Shown one piece after another: positions 1 to 8,982 of a DNA stretch of 52,828 nt; position 1 is the first letter of the stretch, and every line of letters begins with the position of its first letter. Location: positions 1 to 52,828 of IMG/VR virus record IMGVR_UViG_3300046718_001019. One strand, 5' to 3'. Made by a program: the position numbers and the translations under genes. The stretch is from a virus (taxonomy: Duplodnaviria > Caudoviricetes). The notes beneath the pieces were generated by a model. It was not told the DNA's origin. It made no database searches and worked only from the letters and a program-made list of their open reading frames with translations.

Positions 1-195
1 CCGATCGGTATCCGATCGGTAGCTTTTGGGCCTACCGATCGGCGCCAACTTCTTGGTCTCTCTCACCTTTTCTCTCTTCCGATCGATCCGATCAGAAGAA
101 AGAGGAAAAAAACCTCCAGAGAGGTCCGGCAGAGCAAGAAAGCGCGCGCGGGAGACTTTATGGAAATGACCGATCGGACCGATCGGACCGATCGG
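1..195. repeat. Cluster of CCGATCGG palindromic repeats, origin/iteron-like
   Basis: Exact CCGATCGG at 1, 12, 35, 170, 179, 188; variants at 79 and 88; pyrimidine and purine tracts between them. Confidence 0.6.
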
Positions 196-231
196 CGCCC
201 GGACAAGTAGCTGTCTCGACTGGGGGCGCCC

Positions 232-516
232 ATGCGTAAGGTCGCCAACGTCGACGGCAATCAGCCCGCCATCGTCGAGGCCCTGCGCAAGGTAGGTGCG
301 CTCGTTCAACACCTCCACCAGGTCGGCGGCGGCTGTCCGGACCTGCTCGTCGGCTTCCGTCGCCGCATCTTCGTGCTCGAGGTGAAGAACGGCGCCGGCG
401 AGCTCACCGACGAGCAGGTTGAGTGGCACCGCCTCTGGAACACCCTCCCGGTCGCCATCGTCCGCACCCCGCTCGAGGCCCTCCAGGCCATCGGCGCAAT
501 CAGGAGAACCGCATGA
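232..516 (+). CDS. VRR-NUC / Holliday-junction-resolvase-like endonuclease
   Basis: DGNQPAIVEALR...GCPDLLVGF...LEVK...LTDEQVEW, a PD-(D/E)xK pattern. Confidence 0.8.
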   Translation: MRKVANVDGNQPAIVEALRKVGALVQHLHQVGGGCPDLLVGFRRRIFVLEVKNGAGELTDEQVEWHRLWNTLPVAIVRTPLEALQAIGAIRRTA

Positions 517-710
517 GCGACTTCGCCGTCAGCAGCTTCTGGAACTACGTCCGGCCGGGCGACTGGCGCACCTGCGACGAGTGCGGCGTCACCCAGCGGA
601 CCGCGGCGCTCGAGCGCGTGTTGCTCCACGCGAAGAAGCTCGACCGCTGCAAGGACAAGGTGAACTGCGCCCGCTGGAAGGCGCAGCTTGCGAAGGAGCG
701 CTCGAAGTGA
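513..710 (+). CDS. Small hypothetical protein with CxxC
   Basis: GGAG RBS, ATGA overlap with the upstream gene, CDEC motif. Confidence 0.6.
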   Translation: MSDFAVSSFWNYVRPGDWRTCDECGVTQRTAALERVLLHAKKLDRCKDKVNCARWKAQLAKERSK

Positions 711-1492
711 ACCCTCTCGCTGTCATCGCAGGCCACGCGCAGTGGTGCGTCGTCCAAGGCGACTCGCGCAAGATCCTGCCTCGCTTCCCCGACAAAAGCG
801 TGCAGCACGTCATCACGGACCCGCCGTACCGCCGCGCGCTCTACGAAGGCTTCCGGACGAACAGCTACATCCGCTCGAGCACCATGACCAAGACGGGCAA
901 GCGCGTGCCGTCGACGAACTACATGGCGCTGGCGAGCCAGAAGATCGGCGCCCTCGAAGACGTACTGCACCAGGTCGCGCCCGAGTGCCTCCGGCTGTCC
1001 TCGCGCTGGCTGGTCGTCTTTCACGACGCCGAGAGCGGGCACCTGTGGCGTGAGCAGCTCGGTGAGACGTACGTGCGCAGCGGTGTCTGGGTGAAGACGA
1101 ACCCGGTGCCGCAGATCAGCGGTGATCGGCCAGGCCAGGGCTTCGAGGCCATCACCATCGGACACGCCACCGGCCGAATGCGATGGAACGGCGGCGGCAA
1201 GGCGGCGGTCTGGCGGCACACCGCCGTGCAGGGCAACCGCATCGAGCGCCGCGGCAACCCTCACCCATGCCCGAAACCGGTGTCACTGATGCTCGACCTC
1301 GTCGAGCAGTTCACGGACCCCGGCGACCTGGTGCTCGACCCCTTCGCCGGCTCAGGCTCTACCGGCGTCGCGTGCGTGAAGCTCGGCCGGCGCTTCATCG
1401 GCATCGAGTTCGACCGGCAGTTCGCCAGCGTCGCGCGCCGGCGCATCCGGGACGCTTTCCGAACGTCCGGAATCCGCTGGAGGGCAGCGTGA
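707..1492 (+). CDS. N4-C/N6-A DNA methyltransferase (beta class)
   Basis: ITDPPY catalytic motif precedes HPCPKP and VLDPFAGSGSTG SAM-binding motif; GTG start overlaps the upstream stop. Confidence 0.92.
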   Translation: MNPLAVIAGHAQWCVVQGDSRKILPRFPDKSVQHVITDPPYRRALYEGFRTNSYIRSSTMTKTGKRVPSTNYMALASQKIGALEDVLHQVAPECLRLSSRWLVVFHDAESGHLWREQLGETYVRSGVWVKTNPVPQISGDRPGQGFEAITIGHATGRMRWNGGGKAAVWRHTAVQGNRIERRGNPHPCPKPVSLMLDLVEQFTDPGDLVLDPFAGSGSTGVACVKLGRRFIGIEFDRQFASVARRRIRDAFRTSGIRWRAA

Positions 1493-1662
1493 ACCACCCC
1501 GTGGACAACCGAAGGCCCTCAGAACAGGCCGCCCGCGCGCTGCTCGAGGCGGTGCGCGCCGAGCTGCTTCGCCGCTACGGCTCGCTGGACCTGTACCTGG
1601 GCGTCATCTGGGGTCGCAACGACAGCCAGATTCGCCGGGCCGACACGCGGTATCCGAACTAG
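1489..1662 (+). CDS. Small hypothetical protein
   Basis: GTGA coupling to the methyltransferase stop. Confidence 0.45.
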   Translation: MNHPVDNRRPSEQAARALLEAVRAELLRRYGSLDLYLGVIWGRNDSQIRRADTRYPN

Positions 1663-1683
1663 CATCCGAAAGTGACCATACCT

Positions 1684-2187
1684 ATGCGAAATCCGAACGA
1701 AGCCGTCGACCACCCGCCGCACTACTTCCCCGGCAAGCACGAGGTCATCGACGTCATCGAGGCGTGGGGCCTGGGCTTCAGCCTGGGCAACGCGGTGAAG
1801 TACATCGCGCGGCACGCGCTCAAGGGTGACCCGGTGGAGAACCTCCGCAAGGCGCGCTGGTACATCGACCGCCACCTCGCGAACCTGGGCGACGTCGCGC
1901 CGACGCCGGAGCGCCCGGTCGACGACGAACTGGCCCGCGCCCGGCTCGACCTGGCCGCCGCGCGTGAGCAGTACAATCACCTGCAGCAGCAGCTGACCGG
2001 ATATCCCGGCCTGGCCGGCCACGCCGCGCAGCTCGAGACCGCCCTGAAGGAAGCCCGCGCCGAGCTCGACGGCGCCACGCAGGCCCTGGCCGCGGCGAAG
2101 ACGGAGCGCGACGCCGCGCGCCGGGCGCTCGCCGAGGCACAGCACGAGGTCGAGGCGCTCAGGAAAGTCCGCGCCGTACCATTCTGA
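1684..2187 (+). CDS. DUF3310-like protein with C-terminal coiled coil
   Basis: VDHPPHY...EVIDVIE...FSLGNAVKYIAR...K...ENLRKARWY signature. Confidence 0.85.
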   Translation: MRNPNEAVDHPPHYFPGKHEVIDVIEAWGLGFSLGNAVKYIARHALKGDPVENLRKARWYIDRHLANLGDVAPTPERPVDDELARARLDLAAAREQYNHLQQQLTGYPGLAGHAAQLETALKEARAELDGATQALAAAKTERDAARRALAEAQHEVEALRKVRAVPF

Positions 2188-2201
2188 CAAGGGAGAATCC
2201 A

Positions 2202-2627
2202 ATGGGCACACCGACTGAAGCCGAGAAAAAACACCTGCTATCATACCGCCTGCACTTCCACCCAGAGGGGAAGGGGCGCCCCGAATCGCGCTGGGACAAG
2301 CTCTGCGGCTTCGCCCTGGTGACGCTGGCGCTGCGGGTGTCTGAGATGCAGCACGCCGTCGCGTCTCCCGTGGGGCCGGTGGCCGTGCCGACGCTCAACA
2401 CCGAGATGCAGGCGTTCGACGGGCGCTTCCAGCTCAACGGCGGGCCGATGCCGCTGGGCGTCGATGAGACGCTCCACGCACTGGTGTCGGGGATTCACAT
2501 CCTGGCCATGTCGCTGCCGACGACGGACCCGCGCAAGAAGTGGTGCGCCGACGTGGCCGAGATGTACGCGCTGTTCCAGGCGGCCGGGCAGAAGCAGGCG
2601 GCACCGCAGACTGCGGGGCAGGCATGA
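2202..2627 (+). CDS. Hypothetical protein
   Basis: GGGAGA RBS, GC-rich third positions. Confidence 0.65.
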   Translation: MGTPTEAEKKHLLSYRLHFHPEGKGRPESRWDKLCGFALVTLALRVSEMQHAVASPVGPVAVPTLNTEMQAFDGRFQLNGGPMPLGVDETLHALVSGIHILAMSLPTTDPRKKWCADVAEMYALFQAAGQKQAAPQTAGQA

Positions 2628-2845
2628 GCACCGACAAGAAGCCTCGTGGTGTGTCGTTCTGGGATTGCGACGCCAGCGTCATCTTGGGCGTCACGGTGTC
2701 CGACGAGCGCGAGGTGGTGATGATCACCCTGGCTGCGGAAGAGACGCAGCGCGTGGTGAACATCACGCTTGACGCAGCGCAGATCCGCCAGCTCGCCAAG
2801 GCGCTCGAGGACGCGGCCGACGACGCAGAGGGTGTGAGGCGATGA
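2624..2845 (+). CDS. Hypothetical protein
   Basis: ATGA coupling on both sides. Confidence 0.6.
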   Translation: MSTDKKPRGVSFWDCDASVILGVTVSDEREVVMITLAAEETQRVVNITLDAAQIRQLAKALEDAADDAEGVRR

Positions 2846-3045
2846 CCATCGACGAAGCTGAGGCCATCGTGGCGGCCGAGAATGAGCGCGTGGCCCGCAT
2901 CGAACAGGCTGCGGCGGTGCTCGAGTTCGAGCGACGGCGCAAGGCGTGCGGAGCGGGCAACCACTACGCCATCCACGATCCGCGCAGCGACGTGCCCTAC
3001 TGCGGCTACTGCGGCGTGCCCTTGCCAACGAGGCGCCGGCGATGA
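2842..3045 (+). CDS. Small Zn-finger-like protein
   Basis: ATGA coupling; C...H...CGYC. Confidence 0.55.
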   Translation: MTIDEAEAIVAAENERVARIEQAAAVLEFERRRKACGAGNHYAIHDPRSDVPYCGYCGVPLPTRRRR

Positions 3046-3275
3046 TCTTCCGCCCGATGTTCTCCATCGTTCAGGCAGCGGCGTTCCTGATCAGCGGATT
3101 GGCGCTGGGTTACTCCCTCGCCGTTTGGCGCGCGCCTCCGAATGATCTGCCACCCTGGCAGCGCATCACCGTCACGCAGCCGGCGTGCTGGTGCAACGAA
3201 GATGGCGGAACCGTCTCCGAGTCGTTCTTCGTGAAGTGCCACAAGGACGGCTTCGACACATGGGGCACGCTGTGA
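3042..3275 (+). CDS. Small membrane protein
   Basis: ATGA coupling; one hydrophobic segment. Confidence 0.55.
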   Translation: MIFRPMFSIVQAAAFLISGLALGYSLAVWRAPPNDLPPWQRITVTQPACWCNEDGGTVSESFFVKCHKDGFDTWGTL

Positions 3276-3538
3276 TCGACTACCTGCGCGAGGACTTTGC
3301 ATCGTCCAAGCCGAAGTTCCGCCTCAATGAAGGGCGCTGGGGCTTCGACATCTACTTCATGGAGACGTTGCGCCCCGGCGTGAGCCCGCTGCGCGTCGCC
3401 GGGCACTGGACGCCGCGGCCGAAGCCGGGCGAGGTGCTCGTCGACAAGGCCGGCAAGCGCTACGTCTTCGTCCAGGTTGAGTACTGCCAGGACCCGCGAG
3501 ACATGTTCTTCGCAACCGTCACCCCGGAGACAAAATGA
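3272..3538 (+). CDS. Hypothetical protein
   Basis: GTGA coupling in a chain of overlapping ORFs. Confidence 0.6.
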   Translation: MIDYLREDFASSKPKFRLNEGRWGFDIYFMETLRPGVSPLRVAGHWTPRPKPGEVLVDKAGKRYVFVQVEYCQDPRDMFFATVTPETK

Positions 3539-3855
3539 CGCTGCTCAGGATTCATGCGGACGTTGCGCGCATCTTGAAGCCGCCGTTCGACGATGGCCGT
3601 CTTGTCGAGGTGGAGCTGAGCAACGAGCAAGTGGCCCAACTGGCGCGAGAGGCAGCGGCACTCGTCGGCACACAGCCAGACCAGGGACACGTCCTTGAGC
3701 GCGAACGCGATCGCCTGCGCGCGTTGCTCGACAAGGTCCACGCCGAGCTGCACGACGCCCTCAACGCCACGCCTCTTGACGCGCCCGACGGCACCGCGTC
3801 AGGGTTCGAGCACGAGTTGACCCGCCGTCTTCTCCAGAGGAGCCTCAAGCCATGA
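3535..3855 (+). CDS. Hypothetical protein
   Basis: GGAG RBS and ATGA coupling. Confidence 0.6.
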   Translation: MTLLRIHADVARILKPPFDDGRLVEVELSNEQVAQLAREAAALVGTQPDQGHVLERERDRLRALLDKVHAELHDALNATPLDAPDGTASGFEHELTRRLLQRSLKP

Positions 3856-4529
3856 ACAGCCGCGACCCCATCGAGCTTGCCAAGCAGCTCGGCCTCGACT
3901 TCGACACCGCGCACACGACGGACGGCAAGTACGTGCGGTTCACCTTCCGCGTTCCGCAGAGCAACGCCGGTCGACCGTCCCCCGCGACACCCGGCGCGCC
4001 TCCGCCCGTTGAAGGCGGCGTCGGGAACGTCATCGACCGCGACCTACGCAACGCGCCGAAGCAGCCGAAGGAGTTCCACGAGCACGTGGCGCGCATCACC
4101 CAGTGGCGCGAGAAGGTGAAGCCCTGGCTGTTTGTCGGCACGGTGGACACCGTCGCGGTGAAGATGAACCTCTTCACGCGGCAGACGGTCGGCAAGTACA
4201 ACCTGCGCAACCGGCGACGCATCAAGAAGATCGCCAAGAGCGAAGAGGAGGCGCGCCGCATCGCGCAGACGCAGCCGACGCCGCACCAGGGCATCGTGGT
4301 GCTTGACTCCATCACCGAGCTGAAGGAGTTCAAGACGCGCGAGCTGCGCGACCGGCTCATCGCCCGGTGTGAGTTGCTGGGCAAGCCCTGGGACGGGAAG
4401 CCCACGCCGACCACGCCCGTCGAGGTGCCGCCGCTGTGGGCGCGCCTGGAGCGCTTCGCGCCGCACGCCGTCGCCGCGATGCTGTTGCTGACGTTGCTGG
4501 GTGTAGCTGTCTGGGCGTTTCAACCGTAG
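3852..4529 (+). CDS. Hypothetical protein with C-terminal transmembrane anchor
   Basis: ATGA coupling; ends AVAAMLLLTLLGVAVWAF. Confidence 0.65.
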   Translation: MNSRDPIELAKQLGLDFDTAHTTDGKYVRFTFRVPQSNAGRPSPATPGAPPPVEGGVGNVIDRDLRNAPKQPKEFHEHVARITQWREKVKPWLFVGTVDTVAVKMNLFTRQTVGKYNLRNRRRIKKIAKSEEEARRIAQTQPTPHQGIVVLDSITELKEFKTRELRDRLIARCELLGKPWDGKPTPTTPVEVPPLWARLERFAPHAVAAMLLLTLLGVAVWAFQP

Positions 4530-4542
4530 GAGGAGAACCGCA

Positions 4543-5127
4543 ATGGAAGACCCGCTCTACCTGCCTCAGGTGGCTGTTGATCTGCTCAGCGTCTGCGAAC
4601 GTCACGGCCTCGTGAAGGGCGAGAACCCTGTGGAGTGGCTGCGCAGGAAGTTGCTGAACCAGCGTCATGAAGAGAGCGCGGCGGCGCTTCGCAGCCGTCA
4701 AAATGAGGAGCTGGCGAACCTCTGGGGCAAACTGCAGGACATGCTCGCAGACGTCGGACGCTCTGTGATGTCGAACGACTCAGGGGCGGTGGAGATCATC
4801 CCCTGGCTGAAGGAGCGGCTGTGCGTGGCGAAGTTCCACGACATCAGTTGCTCGAAGGATCTCGGAACCTCCAAGCCGACACTCATCGGCGTGGCTGGCT
4901 GCACCTGCCGTGACTGCGAGATGGCCTCGACGCTCCTGAAGCGCCACGCTGCCGGAGAGCACGCGTCGGAGGGACTGGACGCGTACGTCACGAACCAGCG
5001 CGGGGAGTTGTTCCAGGGCAAGGCAGCGCTCGAGAGCGGGCCGGGCATCGCCAAGCTTCCGCATCAGCAGCCTGACAACTCCGTCCCGTTCCTGCTGGAG
5101 GACTTGGTCGGGGGTGACGTTCCATGA
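4543..5127 (+). CDS. Hypothetical protein
   Basis: AGGAGGAG RBS; CTCRDC motif. Confidence 0.65.
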   Translation: MEDPLYLPQVAVDLLSVCERHGLVKGENPVEWLRRKLLNQRHEESAAALRSRQNEELANLWGKLQDMLADVGRSVMSNDSGAVEIIPWLKERLCVAKFHDISCSKDLGTSKPTLIGVAGCTCRDCEMASTLLKRHAAGEHASEGLDAYVTNQRGELFQGKAALESGPGIAKLPHQQPDNSVPFLLEDLVGGDVP

Positions 5128-5131
5128 ACCA

Positions 5132-5254
5132 GTCGGCGAGAGTAGAGCGCGACAGCCCACCTTTCAGGGCGTGAACGGGACTGGGCGCGCGAGCGTCCTG
5201 CTCGGTCGCGCCGTGACCACTCGCCGACATCAAGGCCCCGGTTGGAGTGGGGCC
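5132..5254 (+). ncRNA. Candidate structured intergenic RNA
   Basis: Nested stems GTCGGCGAG/CTCGCCGAC and GCGCGAC/GTCGCGC, a GCGA-tetraloop hairpin, then a GGCCCC/GGGGCC hairpin. Confidence 0.4.
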
Positions 5255-5270
5255 GCACTTTTGGAGAACC

Positions 5271-5603
5271 ATGACGACCCCACGTGAGAAGGCCGAGACC
5301 CTGCTGAAAGACCGCGCTCTGGCGGTTGACTGGATAGCCCATCGCATGGAGCAGGAGGCGCGGCTGGAGGGAGCAAGGAAATCCACGCTGCTCGCCGAGA
5401 AACTCAAGGCCTGCGGCTACCACGTCACTCAGATTGGACAAGACCCAGCCGTCGGCGTGCCCAGGGACTTTCATGACGGTCGGCGCATGGGATGCAGTCG
5501 CGATGGCGGTTCCGTCTCGGATGCTGCCTTGGATCTGGTGAAGCGCCTGCGCGAAGCTGCCGAAGACCTGGAGTCGCTCGTCTATCAGGTGATCGACACA
5601 TGA
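5271..5603 (+). CDS. Hypothetical protein
   Basis: GGAG RBS before ATG 5271. Confidence 0.6.
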   Translation: MTTPREKAETLLKDRALAVDWIAHRMEQEARLEGARKSTLLAEKLKACGYHVTQIGQDPAVGVPRDFHDGRRMGCSRDGGSVSDAALDLVKRLREAAEDLESLVYQVIDT

Positions 5604-5767
5604 CCCGGGCACAGCTCCTGGCGATACGAAAAGACCTCGACCTCCCAGAGGGGACCGGCCCCTTGTTCGCCACGGACAAGCAGGTCCTCGCCGTGCACCG
5701 TCGGATTCAACGCATCATGCGTGAGGCTGCGGCCCGTCGCGCGCCGCCCAGGAAGAAACGCTCATGA
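5600..5767 (+). CDS. Small basic hypothetical protein
   Basis: ATGA coupling on both sides. Confidence 0.55.
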   Translation: MTRAQLLAIRKDLDLPEGTGPLFATDKQVLAVHRRIQRIMREAAARRAPPRKKRS

Positions 5768-6159
5768 CCGACGAAGAGTTGATCGCCGAGATGACCACGC
5801 GCGGGCTAACCGCACCGCCTGCGAACCTCATCGGCATCCACGACGTGACGCTGCGCGCAGAGTTCATGCGTCGCGGTCTTCTGCCTGTCGCCATCGAAGT
5901 GAAGGCAGAGGCCGAACGCCTGGGGCTGTTCAAGGACGAAGAGGAGCGCCGCAAGCGCGCGCTGGAGTGGAAGGAGCGCGAGCTGCGGCAGGCCTTCGCG
6001 GCGACGGAGCGCGAGTGGCTGCGGCAGAACGCTGAGGCGGTGCGCGACCGCGACGACTGGAAGCGGCGCTATCAGGAGTTGTCCGACCGCCGGCCGATGG
6101 GCTTCTTCGACGCTCTCCGCGCGCTGTGGGCGGCCGTGTGGCACAAGGCGGCGTCATGA
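5764..6159 (+). CDS. Coiled-coil hypothetical protein
   Basis: ATGA coupling; E/R-rich helix. Confidence 0.6.
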   Translation: MTDEELIAEMTTRGLTAPPANLIGIHDVTLRAEFMRRGLLPVAIEVKAEAERLGLFKDEEERRKRALEWKERELRQAFAATEREWLRQNAEAVRDRDDWKRRYQELSDRRPMGFFDALRALWAAVWHKAAS

Positions 6160-6398
6160 TCGTCTACGTCCGCCAGCAGTGGCCGGGCGAGGACGGCGTG
6201 CGCGAGGTCAACACCGACATGGGCGCCGTTCCGCGCGTCGGCGACCACGTAGGCACGCCCAGCGGCCATGGGCGCACGTTCGTCTCCGGCAAGGTCGCGT
6301 CGGTGGCCTGGAGCGTCTTCTCCGATCGCGGTGGCGGTTGCTACGCGGTCGTCTTCCTCGAGGACGGAGCCGTGTGGCTCCCCGGGGCGCCGTCATGA
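6156..6398 (+). CDS. Hypothetical protein
   Basis: ATGA coupling; VPRVGDHV motif. Confidence 0.55.
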   Translation: MIVYVRQQWPGEDGVREVNTDMGAVPRVGDHVGTPSGHGRTFVSGKVASVAWSVFSDRGGGCYAVVFLEDGAVWLPGAPS

Positions 6399-6562
6399 GA
6401 GACGCTCTCACGCAAGAGCAGTGGAACGCGTTTCACGCGCTGTGGTCGACGGCGGTGGGCACGCCTGGCTACGACAAGAAGAAGTGGCTCGAACTGGAGC
6501 GCGCGCTGCTGGGTGGGCGCCGCGCACCGAGCGAGCGCTTGACGACGTCGGGTACTTCGTGA
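6395..6562 (+). CDS. Small hypothetical protein
   Basis: ATGA coupling; FHALWSTAVGTPGYDKKKW. Confidence 0.55.
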   Translation: MRDALTQEQWNAFHALWSTAVGTPGYDKKKWLELERALLGGRRAPSERLTTSGTS

Positions 6563-6689
6563 AACCTTTGTAGCCGCATAACCACCGATGGATGGGCCGA
6601 GGGCGCGCCAGTACGGCGCCACCCGATGACGCGTTACCCGGAAGCGTGGGCAGCAGCACCGCCACCCCTTTCGCAGGTCACAGGTCATC

Positions 6690-8243
6690 ATGAATCCCTC
6701 GAAGCTCCACCAGATCGAGACGCGGCTGCTCAGCCGGCTCTCGGTGCTGGCCACTGCCATCGCCTTCGGCTCGATGAGCATCGTCGTTCCCCCGCAGTTC
6801 CGCATGGCGTTCGCGCTGGCGGCGTCGCTGTTGCTCACCCTCTTCGTCTTCGCGCCGTATGCCGACTCGATGCGCCTGCCGTTCGACGCGCAGTTTGGCG
6901 CCGGCACGTCGGAGAGCCTCGCGGCCATCGCGGGTGACCTGAAGACGGTCTACGGCTCGGTCCTCGTCCAGGTCCTGCCCGACGCGGCCATCCTCCAGAA
7001 GCGGTTCCCGCTGTCCGACTCCGCCGAGTACCCGCTCGTAGGCGACTACTTCTCGGCGCTCATCGGACTGCAGTACCCGTGGGGCTTCAGCTTCCTCGGG
7101 CAGGGCACGGAGAACACGGCGACGAACACCACGCTGGGCGACGCGCTCGCTGGCCAGACTCAGCCCGCGAAGATCTACGCGAACATGACCGTCCTCACGG
7201 ACAACCTCGCGTACCAGGTGCTCGACCGCGCCAACACCAGCGGTGGCAAGCAGGCGATCCTCAGCGCGCTCACCTACACGGGCAAGCAGATGGCCATCAA
7301 CATGCGGAACGTGCTCGAGCTCGAGCTTCTGCACGGCCGTGACGGCATCGGCGTTGTGACGGCGACCAGCGGCGCCGGCCCGTTCACTCTGACCCTGGAC
7401 CCGACCACGACCTCGCCCGGCATCCTCTCCATCCTCATCGGCGCCCGGCTGCAGTTCATGCAGACGAACAACACCAGCGCGCGCACCGCGAACAGCACCA
7501 CGCTGTTCGGCACGGTCACCGGCCTGGACCTGTCCGACGTGGACAACCCGAAGGTCATCGTCACGCAGACCGGCGCGGCGAACTTCTCCGCGGTGCAGAA
7601 CACCGACATCATGTTCATCGCCGGTACGCGCGGTGTCGCGGTGACGGCGTCGGACACGAACGTCCCCCAGTACGAGCAGATCGGCCTCGGCCAGCAGCTG
7701 TCGCTGACCTCCGGGACGACCGTGTTCAGCATCGACAAGGCGGCCTACCCCGGGTGGATCGCCAACCAGATGGCGTCGGTGGGCGCGTTCTCTCCGTCGG
7801 TCCTGATGACGATGATTCAGAAGGCGCTGAGCCGCGGTGGCGAGCTGGGCGACTACCTCGCGGTGATGTCGCCGCGTGCGTGGGCGGTCCTGAACTCGGC
7901 CCTCGCGACGAACGAGGTCTACAACCAGCAGGCGCCGAGCTTCGCGATGCAGAAGAAGACCGGCACCGATGAGATCGTCATCAAGCACGCTGGCGTGACC
8001 ATCGAGTGCGTGCCGCACCCGTTCCAGAAGGACGGCTCGGTCTTCACGTTCCCCGTCTCGCAGGTGCACCGCATCGGCTCGACGGACCTGACGTTCCAGG
8101 TGCCCGGCAAGCCCAGCGGCGACGAGTACATGTACCCGGTCAACGGCTCGGCGCTGATGCAGCGCCAGTGCCGTGCAGACTGGCAGACCGCCCTCTTGAA
8201 ACCGCCCAGCGGGACCATCGCCACGGGCCTCACGTACAGCTGA
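6690..8243 (+). CDS. Major capsid protein (HK97 fold, P22-coat-like), with a possible hydrophobic N-terminal leader
   Basis: LKTVY near the apparent mature N-terminus, ELLHGRDGIG, IDKAAYPGW, IECVPHPFQKDG; strongly biased codons; first gene of the structural block. Start uncertain. Confidence 0.8.
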   Translation: MNPSKLHQIETRLLSRLSVLATAIAFGSMSIVVPPQFRMAFALAASLLLTLFVFAPYADSMRLPFDAQFGAGTSESLAAIAGDLKTVYGSVLVQVLPDAAILQKRFPLSDSAEYPLVGDYFSALIGLQYPWGFSFLGQGTENTATNTTLGDALAGQTQPAKIYANMTVLTDNLAYQVLDRANTSGGKQAILSALTYTGKQMAINMRNVLELELLHGRDGIGVVTATSGAGPFTLTLDPTTTSPGILSILIGARLQFMQTNNTSARTANSTTLFGTVTGLDLSDVDNPKVIVTQTGAANFSAVQNTDIMFIAGTRGVAVTASDTNVPQYEQIGLGQQLSLTSGTTVFSIDKAAYPGWIANQMASVGAFSPSVLMTMIQKALSRGGELGDYLAVMSPRAWAVLNSALATNEVYNQQAPSFAMQKKTGTDEIVIKHAGVTIECVPHPFQKDGSVFTFPVSQVHRIGSTDLTFQVPGKPSGDEYMYPVNGSALMQRQCRADWQTALLKPPSGTIATGLTYS

Positions 8244-8362
8244 TGAGCTTCGTCACCCGTCTGCGGCAGGAGCTTCGCATCCGTGGCTTCCGCGCCGCGG
8301 ACGGGTGTTCGTTGTCCTTCGAGCAGATTCACGAAGTGGTGGGGAGGGCGTTCTCGCGATGA
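8243..8362 (+). CDS. Possible 39-aa peptide
   Basis: TGATG overlap with the capsid stop and ATGA overlap with the next gene. Confidence 0.4.
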   Translation: MSFVTRLRQELRIRGFRAADGCSLSFEQIHEVVGRAFSR

Positions 8363-8937
8363 TCAACATCCCTGTCGCGGGCGCGTCTCTCCCCTGCCCC
8401 TCCGGCGCAGCAGACACCGACTGGGCGGCGAACCTCGTTGCGCTGCTCCAGGCGCTCGGCGCGACCGTCTCGAAGGGGCCGGCAGTCCAGCGGATGTCGG
8501 TGAACGTCATGCCGGTCGGCACGGGCGCGGACACGTCAGAAGACAACCTGATGACGTACCCACTCGCGGCGGGGTTGCTCGGCGTCAACGGGCAAGGCGT
8601 GCGCATCACGGCTTGGGGCGACGGCGTCAACACGGCCAACGCCACCACGGTGCGGTGCTACTTCGGTGGGACGCTCTGCGGCACGCTGGTGCTGCAGCCC
8701 TCCCAGTCCAACACGTGGCGCGCGGTGTTCGAGGTTTTCCGCACCGGAGCGACGGCGCAGGTGGCCACGTCGCAGTTCAGCAACGGCGGGACGGTTGTCG
8801 GCGCGAGCCAGAACAACGCGACCCCGGCCGAGACTCTTTCAGGCGCCGTCACGGCGAAGTTCACAGGCCAGCGGGCCACGTCTTCAGTTTCCAACTCCAT
8901 CCGGCAGCTCGGGATGGCCGTCGAGTTCATTCCCTAA
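8359..8937 (+). CDS. Putative virion structural protein
   Basis: GGGAGG RBS; beta-rich T/A/G composition; position after the capsid gene. Confidence 0.6.
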   Translation: MINIPVAGASLPCPSGAADTDWAANLVALLQALGATVSKGPAVQRMSVNVMPVGTGADTSEDNLMTYPLAAGLLGVNGQGVRITAWGDGVNTANATTVRCYFGGTLCGTLVLQPSQSNTWRAVFEVFRTGATAQVATSQFSNGGTVVGASQNNATPAETLSGAVTAKFTGQRATSSVSNSIRQLGMAVEFIP

Positions 8938-8982
8938 CGCAGCACTCACCCACGCAGCAGCGGTACTCCGGAGGATACGGAC

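Noticed and set aside
8220-8362. Programmed frameshift extending the capsid protein
   Set aside because: No slippery heptamer near the stop; TGATG coupling explains the small ORF.
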